Below, in pieces: positions 7,260-15,764 of a stretch of DNA of 27,928 nt. Positions within the stretch are counted from its first letter, which is position 1, and each line of letters starts with the position of its first letter. The notes beneath the pieces were generated by a model. It searched no databases. It was given only the letters and a program-made list of their open reading frames with translations, and was not told the DNA's origin. Both the position numbers and the translations under genes were made by a program. This DNA is from an uncultured cyanobacterium (GTDB lineage: Bacteria > Cyanobacteriota > Cyanobacteriia > Cyanobacteriales > Microcystaceae), in the NCBI GenBank assembly GCA_903869185.1, contig CAIPYC010000194.1, positions 1 to 27,928 of the forward strand, read 5' to 3'.

Positions 7260-10200
7260 TGGAAAAGATGCGGTCTAATTTGAATTTTTTACGCCAGGAT
7301 TCCATATATATGTAAAGCACAGGAGTTAGATAAAGAGTTAGAACCTGTGAAAAAAGAAGACCTCCAACGACTGCAATTCCCAATGGCCTTCTTACCTCAG
7401 AACCCGCCCCAAATCCTAGGGCAATAGGCAAAGCGCCCATCAATGCCGACATGGTAGTCATCATGATTGGACGAAATCTCACCAAACAGGCTTGATATAT
7501 CGCCTCAGAGGTTTTCATGCCCTTTTCTCGCTGAGCTTCAATGGCAAAATCTACCATCATGATTCCATTCTTTTTTACAATACCAATTAGTAAAATGATT
7601 CCGATAAAGGAATAGACATTTAGCTCAACCCCAAACAACAGTAAAGTCATTAGAGCTCCAAATCCTGCTGAGGGCAAACCTGAAAGTATAGTTAATGGGT
7701 GGATAAAATCTTCATAAAGGATTCCCAAAATCAGATAGATTACCAAGATAGCTATTACCAAGAGGAACAGCAAACTAGGTAGAGAATTCTGAAAAACTTG
7801 ACTTGCTCCACTAAAACTACTAATGATAGTAGTCGGAACGGTTTTTTGGATAATCCTTACTATCTTTTGATTAACGGTTCCTAAAGAAGCTCCTGGAGCT
7901 AGATTATAGGAAATCGTGGCAGAATTCATTCGGCCTGCGTGATTTACCAAAAGTGGAGTTGTATCCCGTGAAATATTAGCAAAGGTTCTAAGCGGTACCG
8001 AATGACCAGTACTAGAAATAACGTAGAGTGAAAGCAATGAATTGATATCCTGGTGATCTTCAGGTTGCAGTTCCAGAATCACCTTGTATTCATTAGCAAC
8101 ACCATAAATAGTGGATACCTGATAAGAACCATAGGCATTGCGTAATGTAGTTTCAATTTGTGAGGCAGAAATATTGTAACTTGTTGCCTTGTCGCGATTT
8201 ATGGAAATTTTGACCTGGCTAGTTGTTGCAAGATCACTATTGACATCCTGTAAACCGGGCAATTGTTTCAGTTTATCCTCCAATTGAGGAACATATTGAT
8301 TGAGAGATTTGGGATTAGGGGATTTGAGAGTCAACTGATATAGACCAGTAGTCTGCTGAGTACTTATTGGGAGTGATGGTGGATTTTGCAAAAACACATT
8401 GATTCCACTGATATTAGCAGCTAATTGAGTACGCAAATCCTGAATAATTTCATCGGCACTCTGTTGGCGCTCAGAACGCGGCTTGAGACGAATAAATAGA
8501 CTACCTGAATTGGTTGGTACTACTGAGCCAGAACCAGTAGCGCTGGTACCTGCCCCAATATTAGAATTAATTGCCTCTACATTAGAATTTTTAGCAATTA
8601 AATCAGTGACTTGCTTTTGATGGCGCACAAGAGAATCAAAAGAAGAATCTGGGGAAGCTTGAGTTATAGCGACAATCTGCCCTCTATCTTCGCTGGGTAT
8701 CAAGCCTTTGGGCACAATAATTGCCAGCCAAATTGTCGCCAAAAACATCACAGCAGAAATTATGATTACAGAGCGATGATATTTAAGCGCTTTTTTCAAA
8801 CTCCAGTCATAAAGGTTCAATAAACTGGTAAAAAATCGCTCACTCCAATTAAATAATTTATCTTGTTGCCAATGTGATCGCAGAAAACGACTACAGAGCA
8901 TTGGAGTTAAGCTGAGCGAGACGAAGCCAGAAACTAAAATTGCTACTGCTATGGTGACGGCGAATTCATGGAATAATCGACCTAATAATTCGCTCATAAA
9001 CAACATAGGGATAAAAACCGCAACCAGCGATAAGGTCATCGAAACAATAGTAAAACTGATTTCTCTCGAACCATTGAGGGCAGCATCTAGGGGTTGTTCT
9101 CCCATTTCCAAATGTCGGACAATGTTCTCCAGCATTACAATCGCATCATCTACCACAAATCCAACCGAAAGAGTCAAAGCCAATAGAGAAAGATTATCTA
9201 GAGAATAATTAAGCTGATACATCACTGCAAAGGTACCAATTAGCGAAACAGGCAAGGCTAAACTGGGAATCAGTGTAGATTCAGCATTGCGAAGAAATAG
9301 GAAGATCACCAAGACAACCAGGATTATAGTCAAAATCAAGGTGAATGTGACATCATTTACTGAATCTCGTATCGCCTGTGAAGCATCATAAAGTATACCA
9401 ACTTTGATTGAGTGAGGTATCTCTTCTTGTAATTTAGGTAAAAGCTTGGTGATGGTATTGACAATTTTGACAGTATTGGTGCCAGGCTGCCTTTGAATAG
9501 ATAGAACAATAGCACGCTCATTTTGGTACCAACTGGCGACTTTATCATTCTCTACGCTATTGAGAGCTTGGCCTAGTTGTTCAAGGTAAACTGGAGAACC
9601 ATTGATATAGGATACAATCAACTTGCTATAAGCTTCAGCATTTTCTAATTGACCATTGGTTTGTACTGTAAAATTTCTGTGTTCACCAGAGAGTAATCCA
9701 GTGGGTAGGTTTACATTACCTTGAGTAATGGCAGTTTGTACCTGCTGTAAGCTAATTGCTTGGCTGGCCATTTTTTGTGCGTCCATCTGAATTCTGACGG
9801 CATATTTAGCAGAGCCATAAATACTAACTTGAGCTACTCCATCAATAGTTGAAAGTTTCTGAGCTAAGTAGGTCTGGGCATAATTGTCGATCTCAGAAAG
9901 GGGCAGTGTCGGTGAAGTTAGATAAAGATAGAGAATTGGCTGAACAGCTGGGTTAACTTTACTATAGCTAGGTGGATTGGGCAGATCATTGGGAATCAAA
10001 CCAGAGGCTGCAGATATAGCGGCTTCTACATCCTGGGCTGCATCATCAATATCTCTGCTTAAATTAAACTGTAGGGTTATTTGTGTGTTTCCCAGTGTCG
10101 TAGATGATGTCAGAGAATCCAGACCAGATATACTGGAAAACTGATTTTCTAGGGGACGAGTGACCGAGTTGGCCATGGTCTCGGGACTAGAGCCAGGCCT

Positions 10201-10350
10201 GGATGCGGTTACTTGGATGGTTGGATAATCTACATTGGGTAGATCGCTGATCGGTAAAGATTGGTAGCTTAGCCAGCCAAAAATGAGGATAGCTGCAGTG
10301 ACCAATGTGGTCATAATTGGGCGGCGAATGAATATCTCAGAAAGGTTCAT
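7240..10350 (-). CDS. RND (HAE1) inner-membrane efflux transporter, MdtB/MdtC-like, paralog 1.
   Basis: 1036 aa. FIRRPIMTTLVTAAILIFG...LPNVDYPTIQV, PNPPSYSKVNPA and GFVVDDAIVMLENIVRH closely parallel E. coli MdtB/MdtC as I recall them. ATGA overlap with the MFP stop (10347-10350). Confidence 0.95.
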   Translation of the reverse strand: MNLSEIFIRRPIMTTLVTAAILIFGWLSYQSLPISDLPNVDYPTIQVTASRPGSSPETMANSVTRPLENQFSSISGLDSLTSSTTLGNTQITLQFNLSRDIDDAAQDVEAAISAASGLIPNDLPNPPSYSKVNPAVQPILYLYLTSPTLPLSEIDNYAQTYLAQKLSTIDGVAQVSIYGSAKYAVRIQMDAQKMASQAISLQQVQTAITQGNVNLPTGLLSGEHRNFTVQTNGQLENAEAYSKLIVSYINGSPVYLEQLGQALNSVENDKVASWYQNERAIVLSIQRQPGTNTVKIVNTITKLLPKLQEEIPHSIKVGILYDASQAIRDSVNDVTFTLILTIILVVLVIFLFLRNAESTLIPSLALPVSLIGTFAVMYQLNYSLDNLSLLALTLSVGFVVDDAIVMLENIVRHLEMGEQPLDAALNGSREISFTIVSMTLSLVAVFIPMLFMSELLGRLFHEFAVTIAVAILVSGFVSLSLTPMLCSRFLRSHWQQDKLFNWSERFFTSLLNLYDWSLKKALKYHRSVIIISAVMFLATIWLAIIVPKGLIPSEDRGQIVAITQASPDSSFDSLVRHQKQVTDLIAKNSNVEAINSNIGAGTSATGSGSVVPTNSGSLFIRLKPRSERQQSADEIIQDLRTQLAANISGINVFLQNPPSLPISTQQTTGLYQLTLKSPNPKSLNQYVPQLEDKLKQLPGLQDVNSDLATTSQVKISINRDKATSYNISASQIETTLRNAYGSYQVSTIYGVANEYKVILELQPEDHQDINSLLSLYVISSTGHSVPLRTFANISRDTTPLLVNHAGRMNSATISYNLAPGASLGTVNQKIVRIIQKTVPTTIISSFSGASQVFQNSLPSLLFLLVIAILVIYLILGILYEDFIHPLTILSGLPSAGFGALMTLLLFGVELNVYSFIGIILLIGIVKKNGIMMVDFAIEAQREKGMKTSEAIYQACLVRFRPIMMTTMSALMGALPIALGFGAGSEVRRPLGIAVVGGLLFSQVLTLYLTPVLYIYMESWRKKFKLDRIFSSGEIPG

Positions 10351-11927
10351 GATTCTGAGCCTTTTTTGCTCTTGTGTAATTTTTTTCCTTTAGTACTAAT
10401 TTTAACCTTGTCACCTGAGACAAGATTAGCCTGTCCATCTATGACAACTTTATCACCCTCTTCTATTTCTCCCTTTTCAATCACGCTGAGTCCATTTATC
10501 GCCTCGCTGGCGGTAACTGGTATATTTTCTACTGTCATTTGCTCGCTATCAACCAAGAAAACAAACTGCCCCTTGGGACCAATTTGTACTGCCTGAGATG
10601 GCACAACAATAGCATTGGGGTTCTGAGCCAGAGTTAAAGTTGTATTGACAAATTGACCAGGGAAAAGATGCCCTTCCTTGTTCTCAAAATCACCAATTAG
10701 CTGAACAGTACCCGAAGAATTATCTATTGTATTGTTAATAAAAGTCAAAAACCCTTGCGCATATTGTTTGTCGTTGGCAAAACTTATATCTACCTTGAGT
10801 TTGCCTTGGTTCATATATTTTCTGACCATAGGGAGCTTGCCTTCGGGAATAGAGAAGGAAACCTGAATCGGACGAATCTTGGCAATAGTGACCAAAGGGC
10901 TATTGCTATTAGCCTGGACGACGTTGCCCAAGTTAATCAAGATATTGCCAGCTTTGCCATCAATAGGAGAATAAATTTTTGTATAACTTAGTTGAACTTG
11001 AATATTATCTAGAGCCCCTTGATCTGTTTTTTTAACCGCTTGCGCATTGGCGATTGCAGCCATATCCCCCTTAACTACGGCTTGAGCGTTAGCGATAGCC
11101 ACTACATCACCTTTGACTACTTCTTGAGCATTAGTAATGCCCGATATGTCAGTCTTGACCACTTGTCGGGCACTGGTGATCGCCTCTTGATCAGCCACCA
11201 GAGTTGCGCTAGAGGACTGAGCGGTAGAGGCGTACTGCTGCGCTTGATCCAGGGTAACAGCTCCACTTTTGTAGAGTGAATTGTAACGCTCACTGGCTGA
11301 GTGATTGTATCTCGACTGCGCAGTATCTTTATTTAAAATAGCAATTGCCTGTTTGACTGCGGACTCATCCTTAACAAGAGTAGCCCTGGCTTGTTCAACC
11401 TGCCCTTGATCTTTTGCCAGAGTAGCCCTGGCTTGTTCAACCTGCCCTTGATCTTTTGCCAAAGTAGCCCTAGCTTGATCGATGGAGGCTTGATCTTTAG
11501 ATATCACTCCTCTAGCTTGAGCTAAGGAAGCATCTTGAATGCGAGGATCAAGGGTAAAGAGCAACTGTCCTTTTTTAACCTTTTGCCCTTTTTTAAAATA
11601 GACTCCGGTGATTTGCCCTGTTGCCTGAGGTGTGACAGAAACCACCAAATCGGATTGAACATTGCCAATAGCCTCGAGTTGAATTGGAACCGATTGCTCA
11701 GTGGCAGTTGCTACTTTAACTAGATTTGCCTTGGGAGGTCTTTCCTTTTTGTTCTTGTTATTGGAAGAAATTGTTCGGATGGCCCAAAAGCCCAAGAGAG
11801 AAAATCCCAATAAAAACAACAGAGAAATCAGGTTTTTATTTCTTTTGCTTGACTTAGAATTGGGGGAACAATCATCTGGAAAAACATCGTTAGATACTTG
11901 AGGTGTTTTTTCTGTATCTCTGTCCAT
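10347..11927 (-). CDS. Periplasmic adaptor / membrane fusion protein (HlyD-AcrA-MdtA family) with a repeat-extended alpha-hairpin.
   Basis: 526 aa. N-terminal TM anchor (LISLLFLLGFSLLGFWAI). Lipoyl-like halves (GQITGVYFKKGQKVKKGQLLFTLDP ... YTKIYSPIDGKAG) flank a long coiled-coil region. A beta-barrel/MP-domain-like C-terminus follows. Confidence 0.9.
   Translation of the reverse strand: MDRDTEKTPQVSNDVFPDDCSPNSKSSKRNKNLISLLFLLGFSLLGFWAIRTISSNNKNKKERPPKANLVKVATATEQSVPIQLEAIGNVQSDLVVSVTPQATGQITGVYFKKGQKVKKGQLLFTLDPRIQDASLAQARGVISKDQASIDQARATLAKDQGQVEQARATLAKDQGQVEQARATLVKDESAVKQAIAILNKDTAQSRYNHSASERYNSLYKSGAVTLDQAQQYASTAQSSSATLVADQEAITSARQVVKTDISGITNAQEVVKGDVVAIANAQAVVKGDMAAIANAQAVKKTDQGALDNIQVQLSYTKIYSPIDGKAGNILINLGNVVQANSNSPLVTIAKIRPIQVSFSIPEGKLPMVRKYMNQGKLKVDISFANDKQYAQGFLTFINNTIDNSSGTVQLIGDFENKEGHLFPGQFVNTTLTLAQNPNAIVVPSQAVQIGPKGQFVFLVDSEQMTVENIPVTASEAINGLSVIEKGEIEEGDKVVIDGQANLVSGDKVKISTKGKKLHKSKKGSES
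11013..11180 (-). repeat. Diverged in-frame 42-nt (14-aa) repeats encoding the descending helix of the MFP hairpin.
   Basis: Encoded units: ITSARQVVKTDISG / ITNAQEVVKGDVVA / IANAQAVVKGDMAA / IANAQAVKKTDQGA. The DNA copies are recognisably related but diverged. Confidence 0.8.
11328..11495 (-). repeat. In-frame 42-nt (14-aa) tandem repeats encoding the ascending helix of the MFP hairpin.
   Basis: Copies 11379-11420 and 11421-11462 differ at a single nucleotide, and the flanking copies are degenerate. Encoded units: DQASIDQARATLAK / DQGQVEQARATLAK / DQGQVEQARATLVK / DESAVKQAIAILNK. Confidence 0.85.
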
Positions 11928-11972
11928 AAAAATTTATTAGCTTTTCCCCAACAACTGCCTTTAATGATCTAT

Positions 11973-13115
11973 TTATTGTATTATCTGGACAGGCATTACC
12001 AGATAGATCATCTTGGCACCACCAAGTGGAGTAAAGATAACTGGTTGGTTAGGTTCATTGAACTGCATCAAAATATCAGTAGAAGGGAGTGCCTTGAGTC
12101 CATCTAACAGGTACTTAACATTGAATGCTATTTCCCCGCTATCTCCGGTGATATCAGCAGGAATGATTTCCCTAGCGTTACCGAGTTCTTGGGCATCTAC
12201 TGAAAGTTCAACTTCACTTTTATTACTATTGAGGCTGAATTTGACTAGATGGTTTTTTTGATCAGCTAAGACAGAAACTAATTCTAGCTTACTGATGAGA
12301 CTTTTACGTTCAATTGCTGCTGTTCTTTTAAAGCTCTTGGGTATCAATTGGCTATAAGCAGGATAATTGCCATCTAATTTGCGGCTAACTAGGCGCTGGG
12401 CACCTGAATCAAAGGCAAGCTGACCATCACTGACATAGAGTGTAATATTTTCATCTTCTGAGCGACTGGATATGATGCGCTCAAGTTCACGTAGGGCCTT
12501 AGCTGGAATGGTTACAGACAGATTTAAGTTACTATCTTCTGTCGCTTCAAAAAAAGTTTCAACGACTGCTAAACGGTGAGAATCAGTGGCGGCAAATTCT
12601 AGTTTTTCCTGATTTCCCTTGAAATGTACCCCAGTTAAAATCTGTTTTGTATCTTCGTTGCTGGCTGCAAAGAGGACACCTTTTAGCCCTTCAATCAGGG
12701 CTGCTATTGGTAAGATTAAAGGCTCTTCTTCATCTAGCGTAGGAAATGTGGGGTACTGTGAGGAGTTGATCCCCCTAATTTGAAATTCTCCTGAACTGGA
12801 AATTAAACTGATGCTTTCACTTTCTTCCTCTTTGGCACTCTGCTTTAGGGTCAACTGTCCCTCTGGTAAACGTGAAACAATATCATTTAGAAGTTTAGCT
12901 GGTAAAGTTATTTCTCCACTTTTGAGCACATTGGCCGCAAATTCGGTCTTGATTCCTATACTTAGATCGAAACCAGTCAAGCTAACTAGACCTTTTTCAG
13001 AATCAGCTCGAACTAATACATTAGCTAAAATCGGGTGATTGGGTCGCGAAGGCACTACACGACTTACAAGGGATAAATGATTACTTAATTCGCTCTGGCT
13101 GCTAGTAAATTGCAT
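11973..13115 (-). CDS. dnaN: DNA polymerase III beta subunit (sliding clamp).
   Basis: 380 aa. The N-terminus LSNHLSLVSRVVPSRPNHPILANVLVRA and the C-terminus PVIFTPLGGAKMIYLVMPVQI are typical of DnaN, as is the three-domain length. Confidence 0.95.
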   Translation of the reverse strand: MQFTSSQSELSNHLSLVSRVVPSRPNHPILANVLVRADSEKGLVSLTGFDLSIGIKTEFAANVLKSGEITLPAKLLNDIVSRLPEGQLTLKQSAKEEESESISLISSSGEFQIRGINSSQYPTFPTLDEEEPLILPIAALIEGLKGVLFAASNEDTKQILTGVHFKGNQEKLEFAATDSHRLAVVETFFEATEDSNLNLSVTIPAKALRELERIISSRSEDENITLYVSDGQLAFDSGAQRLVSRKLDGNYPAYSQLIPKSFKRTAAIERKSLISKLELVSVLADQKNHLVKFSLNSNKSEVELSVDAQELGNAREIIPADITGDSGEIAFNVKYLLDGLKALPSTDILMQFNEPNQPVIFTPLGGAKMIYLVMPVQIIQ

Positions 13116-13136
13116 AAGAATTAGAAAATATTACGT

Positions 13137-14678
13137 TCACTCTGAAATTATAGGAGAAGAAATTGTTGTTATATCCAGACTATTTGAGGACTTCGGTGGT
13201 AATAGTATAGCTGGAATACCAATTGCTGTGCGATACTCGGGAATATCTTTTAGCACGACAGCATTAGCTCCAATATTAGCACCATCGCCAATATTGACTG
13301 CACCTAAGATCTTTGCACCGGCACCTACATTGACTTTTTTACCTAGTTTAGGCGCTTCTAACGGTCGCTCTAGATAACGGTTACCCAAGGTTACGCCTTG
13401 ACGTAAAATCGAATCATCCCCAATTTCAGTAGAACCATGAATGATAATTGCGCCTTGATGTTCAATTATCACCCTGCGTCCTAGCCGAACAGTATATGGT
13501 AATTCTATACCATATGAATTTCTTATATAACGAAATAAGAAGCGATAAACGATACTAAGTGGAGCACGAAGGATTTTAGGTTCAACTCCCATACGCCATT
13601 GACCAAAACGGGCAACAGCTACTGCCCTAAAACCTGGTTTGGTCCAATCTTTTCCATGTGCTATCCAATCTTCTTTGATTTGTCCAAATAATCCCAAGTG
13701 CTCTTTGTCTGAATTATTTGTTGATCTTAATTGGACAGATAAAATATTTTTGAGGAAATCTTGCAGAAAATAAGGAGGATCAGCTTCAGGTTTGTTTTGA
13801 ATAATACGACGAAATGACCACAGAACAAAGGCAACCACCACCACAATATCTGTAAAAATCTTATATAACTTACCGTGATTTTTAAGAAAATAACGATTGC
13901 GTGAATCAAACCAATATTGCGGGCGACGCTTTAGAGGTTCTTTTGTGTTAGTTACACCCGAACTTTGTCCAACCAAGTGCACCACTCTACTATCTGGAAC
14001 GTACCAGCATTCCCATCCGACTTTTTGAGCTTGTAGGCAAAAATCCAACTCTTCAAAGTACATGAAATATTCTTCATCGAGCAATCCTATCTTGTCAAAA
14101 ACGGTTTTTCTGATGATCATGCTCGCGCCAGCTACCCAATCAACTCGGGCTGACTTATTTGATATAGGTAGAGGCACTATATATTGAGAAAGAAGCTTGG
14201 AAACTATGCCCAAACGCAAGGTAGAGTCCAATTCACTCCAGAGACTAGGAAAACGAAAAGCAGAACATTGAGCGCTATGATCAGGATTTTCTAGCCGACT
14301 TCCAGCAATACCAACTTTAGGATTGGCTATCATAAAATTCATGAGCTCTTGAACCGCTTGAGCCATGGCCACGGTATCAGGGTTAAGTAACAGGAAGTAA
14401 TCTGGCGCCTCATCTGAAGATAGAGCCTTCCTTATAGCCAAATTATTACCCTTGGCATAACCTCCATTCTCTGGAGAGACAATTAAACTGGCCCAATCTT
14501 GCCAATGATTTTCTGTGATTGCTTTGTGAATTTTTTCACTGGAACCATCAGCAGAGTCGTTATCTACCACCACCACATTGGTAAAAGGTACTTTTTTGAT
14601 TTCTTGAGAGAGAGAGTCCAAACAATCTATGGTCAATTGAGCAGTTTTATAGTTGAGGATAACTATCAACAAAGACAT
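13137..14678 (-). CDS. Fusion protein: family-2 glycosyltransferase, central hydrophobic segment, and a hexapeptide-repeat O-acetyltransferase (CysE/WcaB-like).
   Basis: 513 aa. The GT2 N-domain has LIVILNYKT, VVVDNDSADGS, LLLNPDT and FMYFEELDFC. A hydrophobic stretch IFTDIVVVVAFVLWSF lies at aa 273-289. The C-domain has left-handed beta-helix repeats (VNVGAGAKILGAVNIGDGANIGANAVVLKDIP) preceded by a serine-acetyltransferase-like helical region. Confidence 0.85.
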   Translation of the reverse strand: MSLLIVILNYKTAQLTIDCLDSLSQEIKKVPFTNVVVVDNDSADGSSEKIHKAITENHWQDWASLIVSPENGGYAKGNNLAIRKALSSDEAPDYFLLLNPDTVAMAQAVQELMNFMIANPKVGIAGSRLENPDHSAQCSAFRFPSLWSELDSTLRLGIVSKLLSQYIVPLPISNKSARVDWVAGASMIIRKTVFDKIGLLDEEYFMYFEELDFCLQAQKVGWECWYVPDSRVVHLVGQSSGVTNTKEPLKRRPQYWFDSRNRYFLKNHGKLYKIFTDIVVVVAFVLWSFRRIIQNKPEADPPYFLQDFLKNILSVQLRSTNNSDKEHLGLFGQIKEDWIAHGKDWTKPGFRAVAVARFGQWRMGVEPKILRAPLSIVYRFLFRYIRNSYGIELPYTVRLGRRVIIEHQGAIIIHGSTEIGDDSILRQGVTLGNRYLERPLEAPKLGKKVNVGAGAKILGAVNIGDGANIGANAVVLKDIPEYRTAIGIPAILLPPKSSNSLDITTISSPIISE

Positions 14679-14688
14679 ATCTCAAATC

Positions 14689-14832
14689 TCAAAAAGGTAG
14701 AATCATCTCAACGATAGGGGCTGGAATCATCTCGCCGCGAAAATCAAGTATTTGTACTATCAGCAGATAGGCTACCGCTAGTAACAAGGAAATTCCTCCG
14801 GTAATAATAGCAATTATTTTAGCTTGGGTCAT
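14689..14832 (-). CDS. Small hypothetical membrane protein (47 aa), absent from the supplied ORF track.
   Basis: Translation: [47 protein letters not shown]. Its ATG overlaps the ComB-like stop in an ATGA (14829-14832), and its stop lies 10 nt before the GT2 fusion start. It has one clear TM helix. No homology evidence. Confidence 0.4.
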   Translation of the reverse strand: MTQAKIIAIITGGISLLLAVAYLLIVQILDFRGEMIPAPIVEMILPF

Positions 14833-15563
14833 GGTGCTAGTTTAACAAAAACGCCACTTTCTTTTTGTATGGGCAATGTGTCAATAATATCTAAACTGGC
14901 GCAGTATTTTAAATCTTGCTCACCACCCAAGCGCAAAAGTCTTTTTCCGTGACTAGCCTGATGAAAAAGCTCAAGTAAGTTATCTTTCCATTGGCTATAT
15001 AGAGCAACAGAAGCTAACACTTCATCATTTTCAATAGATATGGGAACTTTTCCATTTTCCAAAAGAGACTTCGCCAGGGCTCCAGCTAGAGCAGTATCTT
15101 CTAAGGAATAAGTACCTTCCCAGCCAGAGCCTACTAACCAGACGCTCTCTGGGTTTTTTTCCAATAGATACTTAATTGTGGCTTTGTGATTAACAAAAGC
15201 TGCCGCAAGTACATTAGTTGCCCTGCCAACTGATTCAATCGCTCTGGTTCCGTTGGTGGTACTAATAAATAGTCTTTTATCTTTCATTTGTTCAGAGCTG
15301 AATTCTAAAGGAGAATTGCCCAAATCACAGCCTGGAACTTTGGATCCTCCTCTTTCGCCAGCTAGCAATCTCTTATTATCTGGCCAGCTTCGACCCTCTT
15401 GTATTAAATTTTCAATACTACTATAAGTAGCAACAGCCTCAGCTCCAAAATTCAGGGCAGTAGCTATTGTAGTAGTAGCTCTTAGTACATCTATAACAAC
15501 TGCAGTATGGGGTAAGGATTCAGCGGGAATCAGTTCTGGAGTATGGTAAACAGATAGCTTCAC
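14829..15563 (-). CDS. comB: 2-phosphosulfolactate phosphatase family protein (ComB-like).
   Basis: 244 aa with a GTG start. [13 protein letters not shown]...[17 protein letters not shown] and LAGERGG...GCDLGNSP are typical of the ComB family (PF04029, from memory). Confidence 0.8.
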   Translation of the reverse strand: MKLSVYHTPELIPAESLPHTAVVIDVLRATTTIATALNFGAEAVATYSSIENLIQEGRSWPDNKRLLAGERGGSKVPGCDLGNSPLEFSSEQMKDKRLFISTTNGTRAIESVGRATNVLAAAFVNHKATIKYLLEKNPESVWLVGSGWEGTYSLEDTALAGALAKSLLENGKVPISIENDEVLASVALYSQWKDNLLELFHQASHGKRLLRLGGEQDLKYCASLDIIDTLPIQKESGVFVKLAP

Positions 15564-15764
15564 TGTAAGTTAATTTATAGAATATTCAGTTCAAAAGTTG
15601 AACCTGTCTCATCATAAAAGAAGTTGAGAGGTAATGTCAAAGCAAACTCAAAAGGTACATATCATACCCATAAGCCAAACATAACTTAAAAACAATGCTC
15701 AAAATCGTTAGATTACCTTGCTAGTGAGATTATTGAGGTACTAAATGCTATTGTTGATAGAGCA

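Noticed and set aside
2860-10350. The two 1036-aa RND genes considered as a recent tandem duplication or an assembly artefact.
   Set aside because: The DNA is saturated with synonymous differences even where the peptides are identical (20 of 30 codons differ in one checked stretch). They are therefore old, selectively maintained paralogs.
11379-11462. Near-perfect 42-bp tandem repeat considered as a CRISPR-like or minisatellite element.
   Set aside because: There are no spacers. The repeats are in frame within the MFP gene and encode coiled-coil heptads. They are reported as a coding repeat instead.
15589-15603. Small palindrome GTTCAA-AAG-TTGAAC in the same intergenic region.
   Set aside because: With only 6-bp arms, chance occurrence is plausible in AT-rich DNA, and there is no supporting context.
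15655-15667. GTA-N-TAC motif (GTACATATCATAC) in the comB/kinase divergent intergenic region, considered as an NtcA site.
   Set aside because: The spacer is 7 nt, not the 8 nt of the GTAN8TAC consensus, and no suitably placed -10 box was seen.
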